NCBI GenBank assembly: GCA_965226555.1
Contig: CBDDDG010000022.1
Coordinates: 32,001-96,000, forward strand
DNA length: 64,000 bases
Source: Salinispira sp.
GTDB lineage: Bacteria > Spirochaetota > Spirochaetia > DSM-27196 > Salinispiraceae
Direction: 5' to 3'
The position numbers were made by a program, and so were the translations under genes. Positions 49,439-58,784 of this stretch are shown here, one piece after another (the first letter of the stretch is position 1; every line of letters starts with the position of its first letter). The notes below the pieces were generated by a model. That model worked only from the letters and a program-made list of their open reading frames with translations. It made no database searches and was not told the DNA's origin.

Positions 49439-52400
49439 TTAATATGATATCTCCAGTATAAGGTTGATTTCAAGGCCGATACTATGGGCATAGGCATAGT
49501 CTTCAAACTTTACCGACTCCGCTGTGTATGCAACTGCAATATCGGCATTGAATTTTCCCAGATCAGAAAAAAACAGAATGCTTCCATGCCGAAGGATGAT
49601 TGAGAAACCTGGTTTTTCGGAAAGGGACAGAGCCGTTGCGGAGGAATTTTCTCTGAGAGCAGTGAAGCGAAGCGAAATCGCTTCCTCATGTTCAAAACCT
49701 AGGCTTTCATTTTCGGTATTCAGATTTTCAAAACCGGTACTCGCAGCCATATTCGCAGCCGTGTTAAGCCGCGTCATCCACAGCAATGATGACGATATCC
49801 CCAACGAGAAGGATGCCTCACCGCGTGAGGCAAATTTCCAGTCGACAGTATTCCGCAGTTCCGAAAAGGGCTGAAGCTCGAAAAGAACGGGCATTAGTTC
49901 TCCGCCTATGCGCCAGTCTTCAATATTATCCAGATTATGCCTGTACTGAAAATTCATTGAAAATTCATCACTCTCATAGAATGAAAAAATGGGTTCTCTG
50001 CCGAATTTTCCAAAGAGATTCAGCGCCTGCCAGGTAATAAGGGCCTTGAGTGATCGCTCGTCCGATTGAATGCCCTGTATCCATTCGAGCTTTCGAATGA
50101 TATCCAGTTCTGCGCTTCGCGGAATGATGAGGTCATACATTGACGGATTCAAGTCTCGCCTGAAAACAATGCCCATTTCATATTCCTGAAATGTTCTGCG
50201 GGGATCGCGAAAGACGCTATCGTTGCCTGCCGATGCAAAGAATGAGCTGCCGGCATCATCCGAAAATACGCCAATTATGTATAGCGGCAGAAAAACATAG
50301 GGGTTTATTGCGGCATGTTCAAAGAGCAGTTCGAGTGGATCAAAAAAATTCTCGGAATATGAACTGCTTTGGTGAAAAAACTTCTGCCTGCCGTTTATTA
50401 TAACATCAATCCCTGAATCCGAATAAAACCCTGCCTGAAGGGTTTGCGTGAAATTCTCATTCAGATTGGGGAGGGAATCGAATGAGCTGAGGGCATGCGC
50501 GCCAAGTTCACCGGAGAAATTTTCTCCTCCGAATCCAATTGATATATTAATATCGGTATTTCTCCGAAAATCAGCGCTGCTCAATTGTGTCCAATCCAGC
50601 AGCGCAATGCTATTAAAATAATTTGCCATATATGACGATTCAAAAATTTCTTCGGCAGGTTCTTCTTCATTAATGCTGAAAAGCAATGCCGTATGGAGGG
50701 CGGGATTTTCGCCAAGGGTAAAATCAATATCCCAATTTCTCATCCGCTTATCTTTGATTGCGCTGATCTGATAAGAAAGATTCAGATAAAACCATGGCGC
50801 AGGGTCCAAGGTAATTCCAAAATTTTGACTGACTCCCGCAGATTGTTTTCCTTTCATCCATTGTTGGCTGTAGATGTTTGTAAATTTCAGTCCCCGAATG
50901 GCATTGAAGGTGAGTGAATGCGAGGAATCTATGTGAATTTGATCATCCAGATCCGAGTAATAGCGCAGGAAAATGGAACTGAGAAAAAACGGGAGGTAGC
51001 CCGTGAGTTGAATGCTGCCGTCAAGCCCCGCGGCAGCGCCAAAACCGGGGGAGAAGGCTGCGGCGCTAAGGTCCAGCGAAGTGATCCCCATATGAAAAAC
51101 GCTGTCGGGGAACAGAACTGCCGATTCGGGAGTCCATTGCATACGCGCCTGTCCTCCGCCGGAAAAAATCTCCCTGCTATCTGAGAATTTCGGCGGGCGG
51201 AGAAGCAGCGATCCTGTTCCCTGCGCCATGAGCGCAAAACTGAGATATTTGAGTTCTCCCTTTCCGAGGGAATGCGGGAAGGGGGCGGTATATTCAATTT
51301 CTCCAGAGTGGAGGAGGCTGATGGTTTTTTCAACAAAATTGATGCGGAGTGTTTTCCATTTGTCTTCGGAGTCAACGGATAATTGAGCCAAATGGGTTCC
51401 GTTAATTGCAACCGTAATGCTTTCCTGAGCGGCAAGTTCTTTTCCGTTAAGTTCAATTTCCAGAGATTCATACAGATCCTGCGCAATTGAGTTAAGCGGG
51501 AAGCGTAATTCCGAGGAAGAATTCCCTGCCCAGCTGAAGACATAATGATCCGCATTCTGGTCAATTCGAGCTGTTTCTCCGAGCACAATAACATTTTTTC
51601 TCCGAATTTTCTGATCTCCAAAGAAAATTCTCCCCGCAGCTCCCCCGGAATTGCCGTCAGAAACGAGAATGATCCTCAGCGACCGAAGGTCTTTCAAGCG
51701 GGCACTTTCAACAGCAGTAAGATTGTATGACAGATTCTGCCAGCTGCCGACATCTGAAGCATCCAACAAACCAAGATAATGGCTCACTATGGCTGCCGGA
51801 TTATCTCCATCGAGCCTTCCGTTTCCGTTTATGTCTTCTGTTAATCCCTGCCAACCCTCATAATATGCCTGACCCGGATATGCGGCAAGGAGTTCGCCTG
51901 ATGCGCCGGTAAAGGGTATTCCCTGCTGCTCCGGGCGCGCCTGTGAATCGAGATTCAAATCGCCATCAATATCTTCATTCAATTCACCTGCCTGCAGGAA
52001 GACATGTACCCCCCCGTTGAGCGATTCCGGAAATACCGAAATAGTGAATCCGCTTATGAAATCGGATACGGCGCTGCTGTTGCTGCTCTGATACCCGACC
52101 CACGGCTCAGCGTCCGTTATCGTGAATTCCAATGCCGCAAGAGTGCCGGAAATACTGTCGTTCTCAGCAGGGAATGCGGGGTAGGGGCCGATCGCAGTCG
52201 CAAGTCTTTCGGGTTCAGCGGTGTTTTGGAAGGTGTCACGCGGAAGAATAATACCGTTCTGTCGGAAATTTCTGAAAAATTGCTGCCCGCGATTGTTGCG
52301 GTTCAGGTTCGGGAGGATCGATATGATTGCCGCGCAGTCTCCAGCGCATGAATTTTCCAACCGGACTGTTTCAGGAGCCGCCGAAGGGAAGAGTGATGCG

Positions 52401-54334
52401 GCATTGATCGCAAGAAAACTGCTGTCGGAAGCTGCCTGAAGAGGGTGGAAAATTCCGTTGGTATCGGTAACCGTGTACTTAAGGCTTCCTTCAATGTCTG
52501 CTTTCAGAAATTGCCCGTCAAGATGATATGCCCCACTCAGTTGAATATGCGAGGGTCCGCTCGGAGAATTTTCTCCTTCTCGGGGAAGGCTCAGCGACCC
52601 GTTCAGGGCAAGTTCAAGGGTATCATTTTGAGAGAGAAAAAACCGGTTTCCGATCGCTGCGCTCAGGCTGGCAAACTGTCCCGCCTGATCGGGGGTTCGG
52701 TAGACAATGAGGATATCATCAAGAGGTCCAATGTTTTCGGGAAAGATCAAAAGACCGTCAACAATTTCAACATTGTCAACAAACCGTGAATTTTGATATA
52801 CGGAAAGGCTTCCGGGTACTATTTTGTCCTCAATTCTCAAACCTTCTCCAATTTTTGAACGAAATTGCAGAAGGGTATCGCTGAGCGTAGCTTCGGTGTT
52901 GCTCAGGAAGCCGGGAACGTAGAGTCGGGCGGTTTCAGCGTCAATATCCAAAAGCGGATAGCGGATTTTCCATGGGTCGGCGCTTCTTTGTACGGAATTT
53001 TTCGGAGAAAGCTGCACACCGCCCGCTGTATTTCGGAAGGGAATGGCCGTATATGCGCCATTTGCCTTCCTGAGTAGCGCATCTTCAATGTTGGCATCGA
53101 CAGTATAGTAGGCCTGAATTTCAAAGGGCGAGAAAAGCCCCGGCTCATAGAGTACAAGAGCCTGCACATCGCCCGCATCTACACCGCCCTGCGCCCCCGC
53201 CTGCCCACCGCTCCGGTCCTTATTGAGAACGCGGGAAAAATCATTAAGAGTAATGCCCGGAGCCGCAGATGTGAATCCGTATAGCGCATTGAGCGGAATA
53301 ACAAAGTGCTGTTCAAAGTCTCCTCCCGGCTGTAGGCTGAAATCAACAGAATTTTTGCTCATTTCATAGTCGGAATGTTGGGAATGTTCGGATGCCTGTA
53401 AGCGAACAACCGGTATCTGTCCGACATAACTGCTATCGCCAACAGAAATTCCTCCAGCGATATAGTGAACCAGCACCCGTCCCTCGGGCAATATGGAACT
53501 CAGGCTCAACTCTCCAAGCTCCGGCCTGAAACCATAATCCTGATCCGCTGTGAGCAGACGGTAGACAATGCCATCCTCATCATGTACTGTTTCCGAACCA
53601 AAACTTCCATCCGCATCTTCCAGCCAGACCCGTAAATTCTGAGGATTTATATCCGGAAGAAGGAAGTACCTGCCCTGCACATAATCTGATACACTCTGCT
53701 CATTGATGAGGTACTCGTTATTCCCGGTAAAACGGCGCCGAACTTCATGTGCGGTATCGTAGCGAAGCATGAATTCATGGAGGGTCGATTCTGTTGCAAG
53801 AACCGCAGAAACTCCCGGGCTGCCGACAGTCCCTGTACTCATTGGTAAAAGGGGATATTGCTGAATTCCAATATCGGTATTACCAATGAGCACCTCCCGG
53901 AGCAGCCCATTGCCGTAGTATCCGAGAAGAATACTGTTATCGGTAAATCCCGATTGAAAACTGGCCTCAAAAAAAAAGTTGTTGTTTAACCACAATGATG
54001 TGAGTAAATCGACAGTATTGGTGAGGGGGGTTGATTTGAAAATTGATGGTGCGAGCGGCTGCTGTTCATAGGTTCCGTCACTTCGGGGAATCCAGCGGCT
54101 GCCGGCAGCAAAACCGAGGCGGGCCTCCCAAGAACCCAAAATAAAAAATTCTATTTCCGTGTCATCGCTTGAATAATCAAATATTGCCTGAGGAGATTCT
54201 TCAGGGTATACTATTGTTCCATCCTGTTGCAATTCCGGCAGGGTTGTCTGGGAAAATACGTGCATTCCTGATATGCTGAAGAGGAAAAGTGATATTGAGT
54301 AAAGGTAGAGTTCCCGTATGCAGTTATTCCTCAT
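49439..54334 (-). CDS. Large (1631 aa) outer-membrane protein, SprA-like candidate
   Basis: Signal peptide, C-terminal aromatic strand (LEISY), motif series recalling SprA (see findings). Confidence 0.65.
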   Translation of the reverse strand: MRNNCIRELYLYSISLFLFSISGMHVFSQTTLPELQQDGTIVYPEESPQAIFDYSSDDTEIEFFILGSWEARLGFAAGSRWIPRSDGTYEQQPLAPSIFKSTPLTNTVDLLTSLWLNNNFFFEASFQSGFTDNSILLGYYGNGLLREVLIGNTDIGIQQYPLLPMSTGTVGSPGVSAVLATESTLHEFMLRYDTAHEVRRRFTGNNEYLINEQSVSDYVQGRYFLLPDINPQNLRVWLEDADGSFGSETVHDEDGIVYRLLTADQDYGFRPELGELSLSSILPEGRVLVHYIAGGISVGDSSYVGQIPVVRLQASEHSQHSDYEMSKNSVDFSLQPGGDFEQHFVIPLNALYGFTSAAPGITLNDFSRVLNKDRSGGQAGAQGGVDAGDVQALVLYEPGLFSPFEIQAYYTVDANIEDALLRKANGAYTAIPFRNTAGGVQLSPKNSVQRSADPWKIRYPLLDIDAETARLYVPGFLSNTEATLSDTLLQFRSKIGEGLRIEDKIVPGSLSVYQNSRFVDNVEIVDGLLIFPENIGPLDDILIVYRTPDQAGQFASLSAAIGNRFFLSQNDTLELALNGSLSLPREGENSPSGPSHIQLSGAYHLDGQFLKADIEGSLKYTVTDTNGIFHPLQAASDSSFLAINAASLFPSAAPETVRLENSCAGDCAAIISILPNLNRNNRGQQFFRNFRQNGIILPRDTFQNTAEPERLATAIGPYPAFPAENDSISGTLAALEFTITDAEPWVGYQSSNSSAVSDFISGFTISVFPESLNGGVHVFLQAGELNEDIDGDLNLDSQARPEQQGIPFTGASGELLAAYPGQAYYEGWQGLTEDINGNGRLDGDNPAAIVSHYLGLLDASDVGSWQNLSYNLTAVESARLKDLRSLRIILVSDGNSGGAAGRIFFGDQKIRRKNVIVLGETARIDQNADHYVFSWAGNSSSELRFPLNSIAQDLYESLEIELNGKELAAQESITVAINGTHLAQLSVDSEDKWKTLRINFVEKTISLLHSGEIEYTAPFPHSLGKGELKYLSFALMAQGTGSLLLRPPKFSDSREIFSGGGQARMQWTPESAVLFPDSVFHMGITSLDLSAAAFSPGFGAAAGLDGSIQLTGYLPFFLSSIFLRYYSDLDDQIHIDSSHSLTFNAIRGLKFTNIYSQQWMKGKQSAGVSQNFGITLDPAPWFYLNLSYQISAIKDKRMRNWDIDFTLGENPALHTALLFSINEEEPAEEIFESSYMANYFNSIALLDWTQLSSADFRRNTDINISIGFGGENFSGELGAHALSSFDSLPNLNENFTQTLQAGFYSDSGIDVIINGRQKFFHQSSSYSENFFDPLELLFEHAAINPYVFLPLYIIGVFSDDAGSSFFASAGNDSVFRDPRRTFQEYEMGIVFRRDLNPSMYDLIIPRSAELDIIRKLEWIQGIQSDERSLKALITWQALNLFGKFGREPIFSFYESDEFSMNFQYRHNLDNIEDWRIGGELMPVLFELQPFSELRNTVDWKFASRGEASFSLGISSSLLWMTRLNTAANMAASTGFENLNTENESLGFEHEEAISLRFTALRENSSATALSLSEKPGFSIILRHGSILFFSDLGKFNADIAVAYTAESVKFEDYAYAHSIGLEINLILEISY

Positions 54335-54340
54335 CTGTGT

Positions 54341-54361
54341 ATTATAGAAACTTTTGCATTG
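54341..54361 (-). promoter_or_regulatory. Family A half copy whose terminal TA starts a TATAAT -10
   Basis: Minus strand CAATGCAAAAGTTTC-TATAAT-acacag-ATG(54334). Confidence 0.55.
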
Positions 54362-54394
54362 CCTGTACTGTCATACACTCCACAGGAAGTGAAC

Positions 54395-55321
54395 ATGAGT
54401 AATTTTTCGGAAAACGCATACGCATTTGTATATCGGTTGCTGTCAAATCCTACTCTTACGGCATATACTCCTTTACAAAAGGAGGAACATGTTTCTCGTT
54501 TTTTAGAGACGAATATACAGCAATTAGAACCAACACTCACTTCCGCGGCCTTTTTTCCGGGCTACACTATTGATCAAATATCCCAAATTCTTCACAAAAC
54601 ACTTCATTCCCTGACAAATGAATCTCTGCTGCCCGCAGTCAGCGCCATTATTCAGGGAATTGATTATTCATTCCTGGGTCAAATAGTGCCGATTCAGGAA
54701 GGTTCAGAGTTTATAAAAACACTAAAAACGCAGATATTACAAATTATTGAGCATTTTCTCGCCATGCCCGGTTTCAGGCAGACATTTTCAGGCAATTATA
54801 CTGCGCTGCGCTATAACATTATCGAAGGATATATGAGTGAGATATTTAAACGAAAACGCCATATTTATTATGAACTTACAAAATTTCAGCGACTCCGCAT
54901 GAATAAAACCGAGATCAAGGCATTTGTGGAAATATGCATGCTTCTTCGAGCTCTTGTCCAGATGAAGGCCTATTCTGACTCCGGCAATAATGTATCAGAA
55001 ATAGTTAGTCCGCAGCTCCGTCAGGGCATATTCGATGAACTGAAATTGAAACTTAATACTGTGCCGGTTGAAATTATCAGCAGTATCGTCAATTCTGCCA
55101 TATCTTTTCAGGAAAATTCTCAGGTTGAGACAACAGCGCGGTTGGCGGCTATTTTTTCTACCCGCGGCAAAACCTTTGCCCGTAATACAAAAATTGACCG
55201 GGGGGCAGATACACCCGACAAAAGTTGGTTTGGAATTACGAGAAGAAATTATAAGTTTTATGGTTTTGATGGCAGGATGCTTGATGAAATGTATATTATA
55301 GCTGCCGAAAATGGCTGGTAG
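54395..55321 (+). CDS. Hypothetical protein
   Basis: Long ORF; AGGAAG RBS; no recognised family. Confidence 0.7.
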   Translation: MSNFSENAYAFVYRLLSNPTLTAYTPLQKEEHVSRFLETNIQQLEPTLTSAAFFPGYTIDQISQILHKTLHSLTNESLLPAVSAIIQGIDYSFLGQIVPIQEGSEFIKTLKTQILQIIEHFLAMPGFRQTFSGNYTALRYNIIEGYMSEIFKRKRHIYYELTKFQRLRMNKTEIKAFVEICMLLRALVQMKAYSDSGNNVSEIVSPQLRQGIFDELKLKLNTVPVEIISSIVNSAISFQENSQVETTARLAAIFSTRGKTFARNTKIDRGADTPDKSWFGITRRNYKFYGFDGRMLDEMYIIAAENGW

Positions 55322-55328
55322 GGGAACA

Positions 55329-56498
55329 ATGCAAAGCGGAAAAAACACCTTTTTTGAAAATTCGATACTTATTGTCATTGTTCTTGTACTCATTCAAACC
55401 CTTCTTGAAGATGTGGCAGTTCTTGCCTCGTGGCCGGTGGAATACCGTCGTGTACTTACCATTCTTGGATTTATTTTCGACATAATATTCACGCTTGAAT
55501 TTTTTTCCCGAAGTTTTTTTGCCATTTCACAAAATCGCTTCGGGCATTATGTGCTTGAGGGAAGGGGGTGGATTGATTTTATGGTTTCTGTGCCCTTGTT
55601 ACTCTTCAGTTCCGGCCCTGAATTTTTTGCCATAGTTACTGGCGGCTTTGCCGTTTCCTTTGGCGGAATTCTCCAGGTATTGAAGGTAGTAAAGTCAATA
55701 CGCATTGCGCGAATATTACGCTTATTGCGCGTTCTGAAAATATTCCGGCGTATCAAAAACACCGAAACCGTTATGACACAGCGCCATATTGCGCGCATTA
55801 CGACAACGGTTATTGCCACAATTGTCCTTGCTCTCCTTCTGTTCACGGTTGTTGATAATTTTCTGAACATTAACGATGTATATGCCGTGTATGAAGAAAG
55901 CATTCAGGGACTTACGCAGTATATCAGCGCTAATTCAGGTTTCCTCACTTCGGATACACAATTACAAGAGGCCTATTTTGCTTCAATTCCAATTATACTG
56001 ATGGTAAAGTATGATGGGATGACTCTTTATACCCGCTACACGAACGCCGAGTATGCCCGTCAGTGGTCTATTAACGATTATGTGTATGTTCAAAAAGATG
56101 CATTAGAATTGTATATAAATATATGGTATCTGAATGTATCGGAGGCAAAAAGTAATTTGTATTTCTTTCTTATGATTTTCAGTGTGATTCTGGTTATCAT
56201 GTTTGTCTACAGCCCCCATTTTGCGCTCACTATATCGGATCCGATACATGTAATGCGAAGAGGGTTTGATGAGACTTCGTATAATCTTCAGGTTCGTATT
56301 CCCGATCAGTTCAAAGATGATGAAGTATATATTCTCTCTGAATCATTCAACAGAGATTATCTTCCCATGAAAGACAGAGAAGGACAAAAAAACCAGGAGT
56401 CGGTACTGACACTGTCTGCTGTTAATCTTGCGGATTTCGCTGATCTCGGCGCTCCAAGTGCCAACGGAGAAAATGGAGCGGCGAATGATGACCATTAA
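55329..56498 (+). CDS. Voltage-sensor-like (Ion_trans S1-S4) membrane protein with HAMP-like tail
   Basis: FDIIFTLEF, WID, KVVKSIRIARILRLLRVLKIFRR; ISDPI...DDEV..L...FN. Confidence 0.72.
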   Translation: MQSGKNTFFENSILIVIVLVLIQTLLEDVAVLASWPVEYRRVLTILGFIFDIIFTLEFFSRSFFAISQNRFGHYVLEGRGWIDFMVSVPLLLFSSGPEFFAIVTGGFAVSFGGILQVLKVVKSIRIARILRLLRVLKIFRRIKNTETVMTQRHIARITTTVIATIVLALLLFTVVDNFLNINDVYAVYEESIQGLTQYISANSGFLTSDTQLQEAYFASIPIILMVKYDGMTLYTRYTNAEYARQWSINDYVYVQKDALELYINIWYLNVSEAKSNLYFFLMIFSVILVIMFVYSPHFALTISDPIHVMRRGFDETSYNLQVRIPDQFKDDEVYILSESFNRDYLPMKDREGQKNQESVLTLSAVNLADFADLGAPSANGENGAANDDH

Positions 56499-56941
56499 TT
56501 GTTTTCAATTTCCGTACGGACATCCAGCAGCTTTGTAAGAGTGCGTGCCGCCTTTTTGAGATCCGACAGAGAGTATTTCAGCGCATGGTAGTTGAGGCCT
56601 GCGTAGTATGTCTTTGTGAATATACTGAACAGAATCTCACTCGTGGAATGTACCAAATTGAAATATACGCCGAATTCACAGCATATCTGAAGTAATTCTT
56701 CCATTCTGTCTCGAATATAATCCTGAAAATCTGCGCTGAAACAGAAAATAAAACTAAATTCGACGAACTTGTTTTCCTTCTCGACATAATACCCCATTAC
56801 ACATTCTTCAGAATCCTGAAACGTTGCGGAATACGAATCGTTGCTGTCTTCGGTATCGAGGATCTCATATTCCAGTTCCCTCAAAAGGAGGTCTACCCGT
56901 TGTTTCCGTTCTTTGAGAATATAATTTTTGTTCCGACTCAT
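56495..56941 (-). CDS. Hypothetical protein (possibly YbjN/chaperone-like fold)
   Basis: ATGA overlap with the HD gene; fold is a guess. Confidence 0.55.
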   Translation of the reverse strand: MSRNKNYILKERKQRVDLLLRELEYEILDTEDSNDSYSATFQDSEECVMGYYVEKENKFVEFSFIFCFSADFQDYIRDRMEELLQICCEFGVYFNLVHSTSEILFSIFTKTYYAGLNYHALKYSLSDLKKAARTLTKLLDVRTEIENN

Positions 56942-58230
56942 ATATCACCACTGAGCTCGAAAAATTGTTTTCGCTGAATTGATGAAAGTGCGTGAATTTT
57001 TTCGGCAACCCCTGCGGAAACTGATATTCGAATTTTCCGAAGAGATCTGACAAACTGTTCAATGACATTTTTTGTGAATACGGATGGTGAACTGTCGTAT
57101 GTTTCAAGATCATTGTTATCACGAAGCATTATATCTATATCAAAAGAGATATGTTCAGGTATGTCAATGAGTATATCGGTATTCGATATATCTGCATCGA
57201 GAAAATCAGTGAATCGTTGTATAAGCGCAATTTCGATCTGCTGGCGATTATCAAGGTTTTCAAGAGAGCGGTGGATAGGGTTTTCCGGCTGGAACTCAAT
57301 TGTCCGGACAACAGAAAACAGTTCTCTGTTGTAGACGGCATTAATGAGGGAAAAAGCAGGGTCATTTCTCCTAGCAAAATTCAGATAAAAACTTTCATCA
57401 TCAAGTCCGTAGAGATCATCTGCCTGTATTGTATTGTTCTCAAGGGCTATATGGAGCGATTTTTTTATCATTCCGGTTGCTGTGCGGATTGTCTGATGCC
57501 AATATACAGCACGATACATAAGGTATTTTGAGAATAATAAGCCCTCAATAGCTGCTATTGAATTTCGGTCGATAACGTATCCATGGATAGCGTTTGGTTC
57601 CAGCACTGAAAGAATATAATCGACATCCTGAGAACCATACGGAATTCCGCAGAACCATGCGTCACGGTTCAAATAGTCCAGTTTATCAGGATCAATGGCG
57701 CTGCTGAGCAATTTTCTGAAAAAAATGACCTGCTCATCATTGCAATCAATATTTTCATCGATAATTGCGCAGCAAAAATCAGGATCAATGAGAAGATCAT
57801 TCCGCAGAATATCTTTTATTGGCGAGAAAAGGATAATTTCAGCGGTGAGTTCTTCGTGCTGCTTCAGAGGAAGTTCTTTTAAACTGTGGGTGAATGGAAA
57901 ATGTCCGATATCATGCAGGAGGGCAGCCGCGAGAAATGCCTTGCATCCTTCCAGAGTAATAGGCATAGTTGTGTTTTTTCGTATAAAATGCTTCATGAGG
58001 TTCGATGCAATGTGGAAAACTCCCAGACTATGATTGAATCGGGAATGTGTCGCTCCCGGATACACAAGATAGGCAGGGCCAAGTTGTTTTATTCTGCTGA
58101 GTTGCTGAAATTGACGGGTTTGAATGATCTTGCGGAATGCCGATGATAAATATATGTGACCCCAGAGCGGATCACGGATGGGAATATAATAATCGTTAAG
58201 GAGATGCTCGCGAATAATGGAACTATCCAT
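56938..58230 (-). CDS. HD-domain phosphohydrolase (SAMHD1/dNTPase-like)
   Basis: RIKQLG, YPGATHSRFNHSLG, LLHDIGH.PF.H, DKLDYLNRD. Confidence 0.9.
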   Translation of the reverse strand: MDSSIIREHLLNDYYIPIRDPLWGHIYLSSAFRKIIQTRQFQQLSRIKQLGPAYLVYPGATHSRFNHSLGVFHIASNLMKHFIRKNTTMPITLEGCKAFLAAALLHDIGHFPFTHSLKELPLKQHEELTAEIILFSPIKDILRNDLLIDPDFCCAIIDENIDCNDEQVIFFRKLLSSAIDPDKLDYLNRDAWFCGIPYGSQDVDYILSVLEPNAIHGYVIDRNSIAAIEGLLFSKYLMYRAVYWHQTIRTATGMIKKSLHIALENNTIQADDLYGLDDESFYLNFARRNDPAFSLINAVYNRELFSVVRTIEFQPENPIHRSLENLDNRQQIEIALIQRFTDFLDADISNTDILIDIPEHISFDIDIMLRDNNDLETYDSSPSVFTKNVIEQFVRSLRKIRISVSAGVAEKIHALSSIQRKQFFELSGDI

Positions 58231-58702
58231 AGTGGTAAAATATACTTTTTTTTCTCTTTTTAAGGCAATCCTCATTATTGTTTTTCTTTTTTCGATAGTA
58301 CCTTCTTATTCTCAAGAGAACAGTGAATTCCCCGAGGTAAACAGGGAACTCGAAAATTTTGCCCGGCAATTTTCATTTGAATATCGGCGGGTTAGTTTTC
58401 CGCAGCATACTGTTCTTGGCAGTCAGCTGCGTCCCGATCAATTATTCTCTTCTGAGAAAGAAATTTATCAGGAACTGACAGCGAGAACTTTCTGGAATGA
58501 TTTTGACTTTACGAATTTCGCGCTTGAGCCCCTGCCCACTGCGCCGTTTCGATCTGTGATAGTTGGAAAAATATCTTCCCTCGGAGAACAGCGCTATGAG
58601 GTCTTCCTTGAATTACGAGGTTTTGAAGATAGATACGCCCTCGGGGTAATTCTTGCGTATATTGATGGTGTATTAACTATTATTATTGTTCGCTACCTCT
58701 GA
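58217..58702 (+). CDS. Hypothetical exported protein; start uncertain (GTG 58232?)
   Basis: Signal-like segment ILIIVFLFSIVPSYS. Confidence 0.5.
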   Translation: MELSIVVKYTFFSLFKAILIIVFLFSIVPSYSQENSEFPEVNRELENFARQFSFEYRRVSFPQHTVLGSQLRPDQLFSSEKEIYQELTARTFWNDFDFTNFALEPLPTAPFRSVIVGKISSLGEQRYEVFLELRGFEDRYALGVILAYIDGVLTIIIVRYL

Positions 58703-58784
58703 ATGCGCAGAGAAAACTTGATATGCGCCGCCAGCTCCCAATGCTCCCGTCCATATCATGGCATTTTTTATGTGAATGGCCTTC

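Noticed and set aside
10026..54361. Family A as CRISPR repeats or integron attC sites
   Set aside because: Copies are kilobases apart with no spacer periodicity and no cas or intI genes; the ends do not fit RYYYAAC/GTTRRRY; most flanking genes are housekeeping
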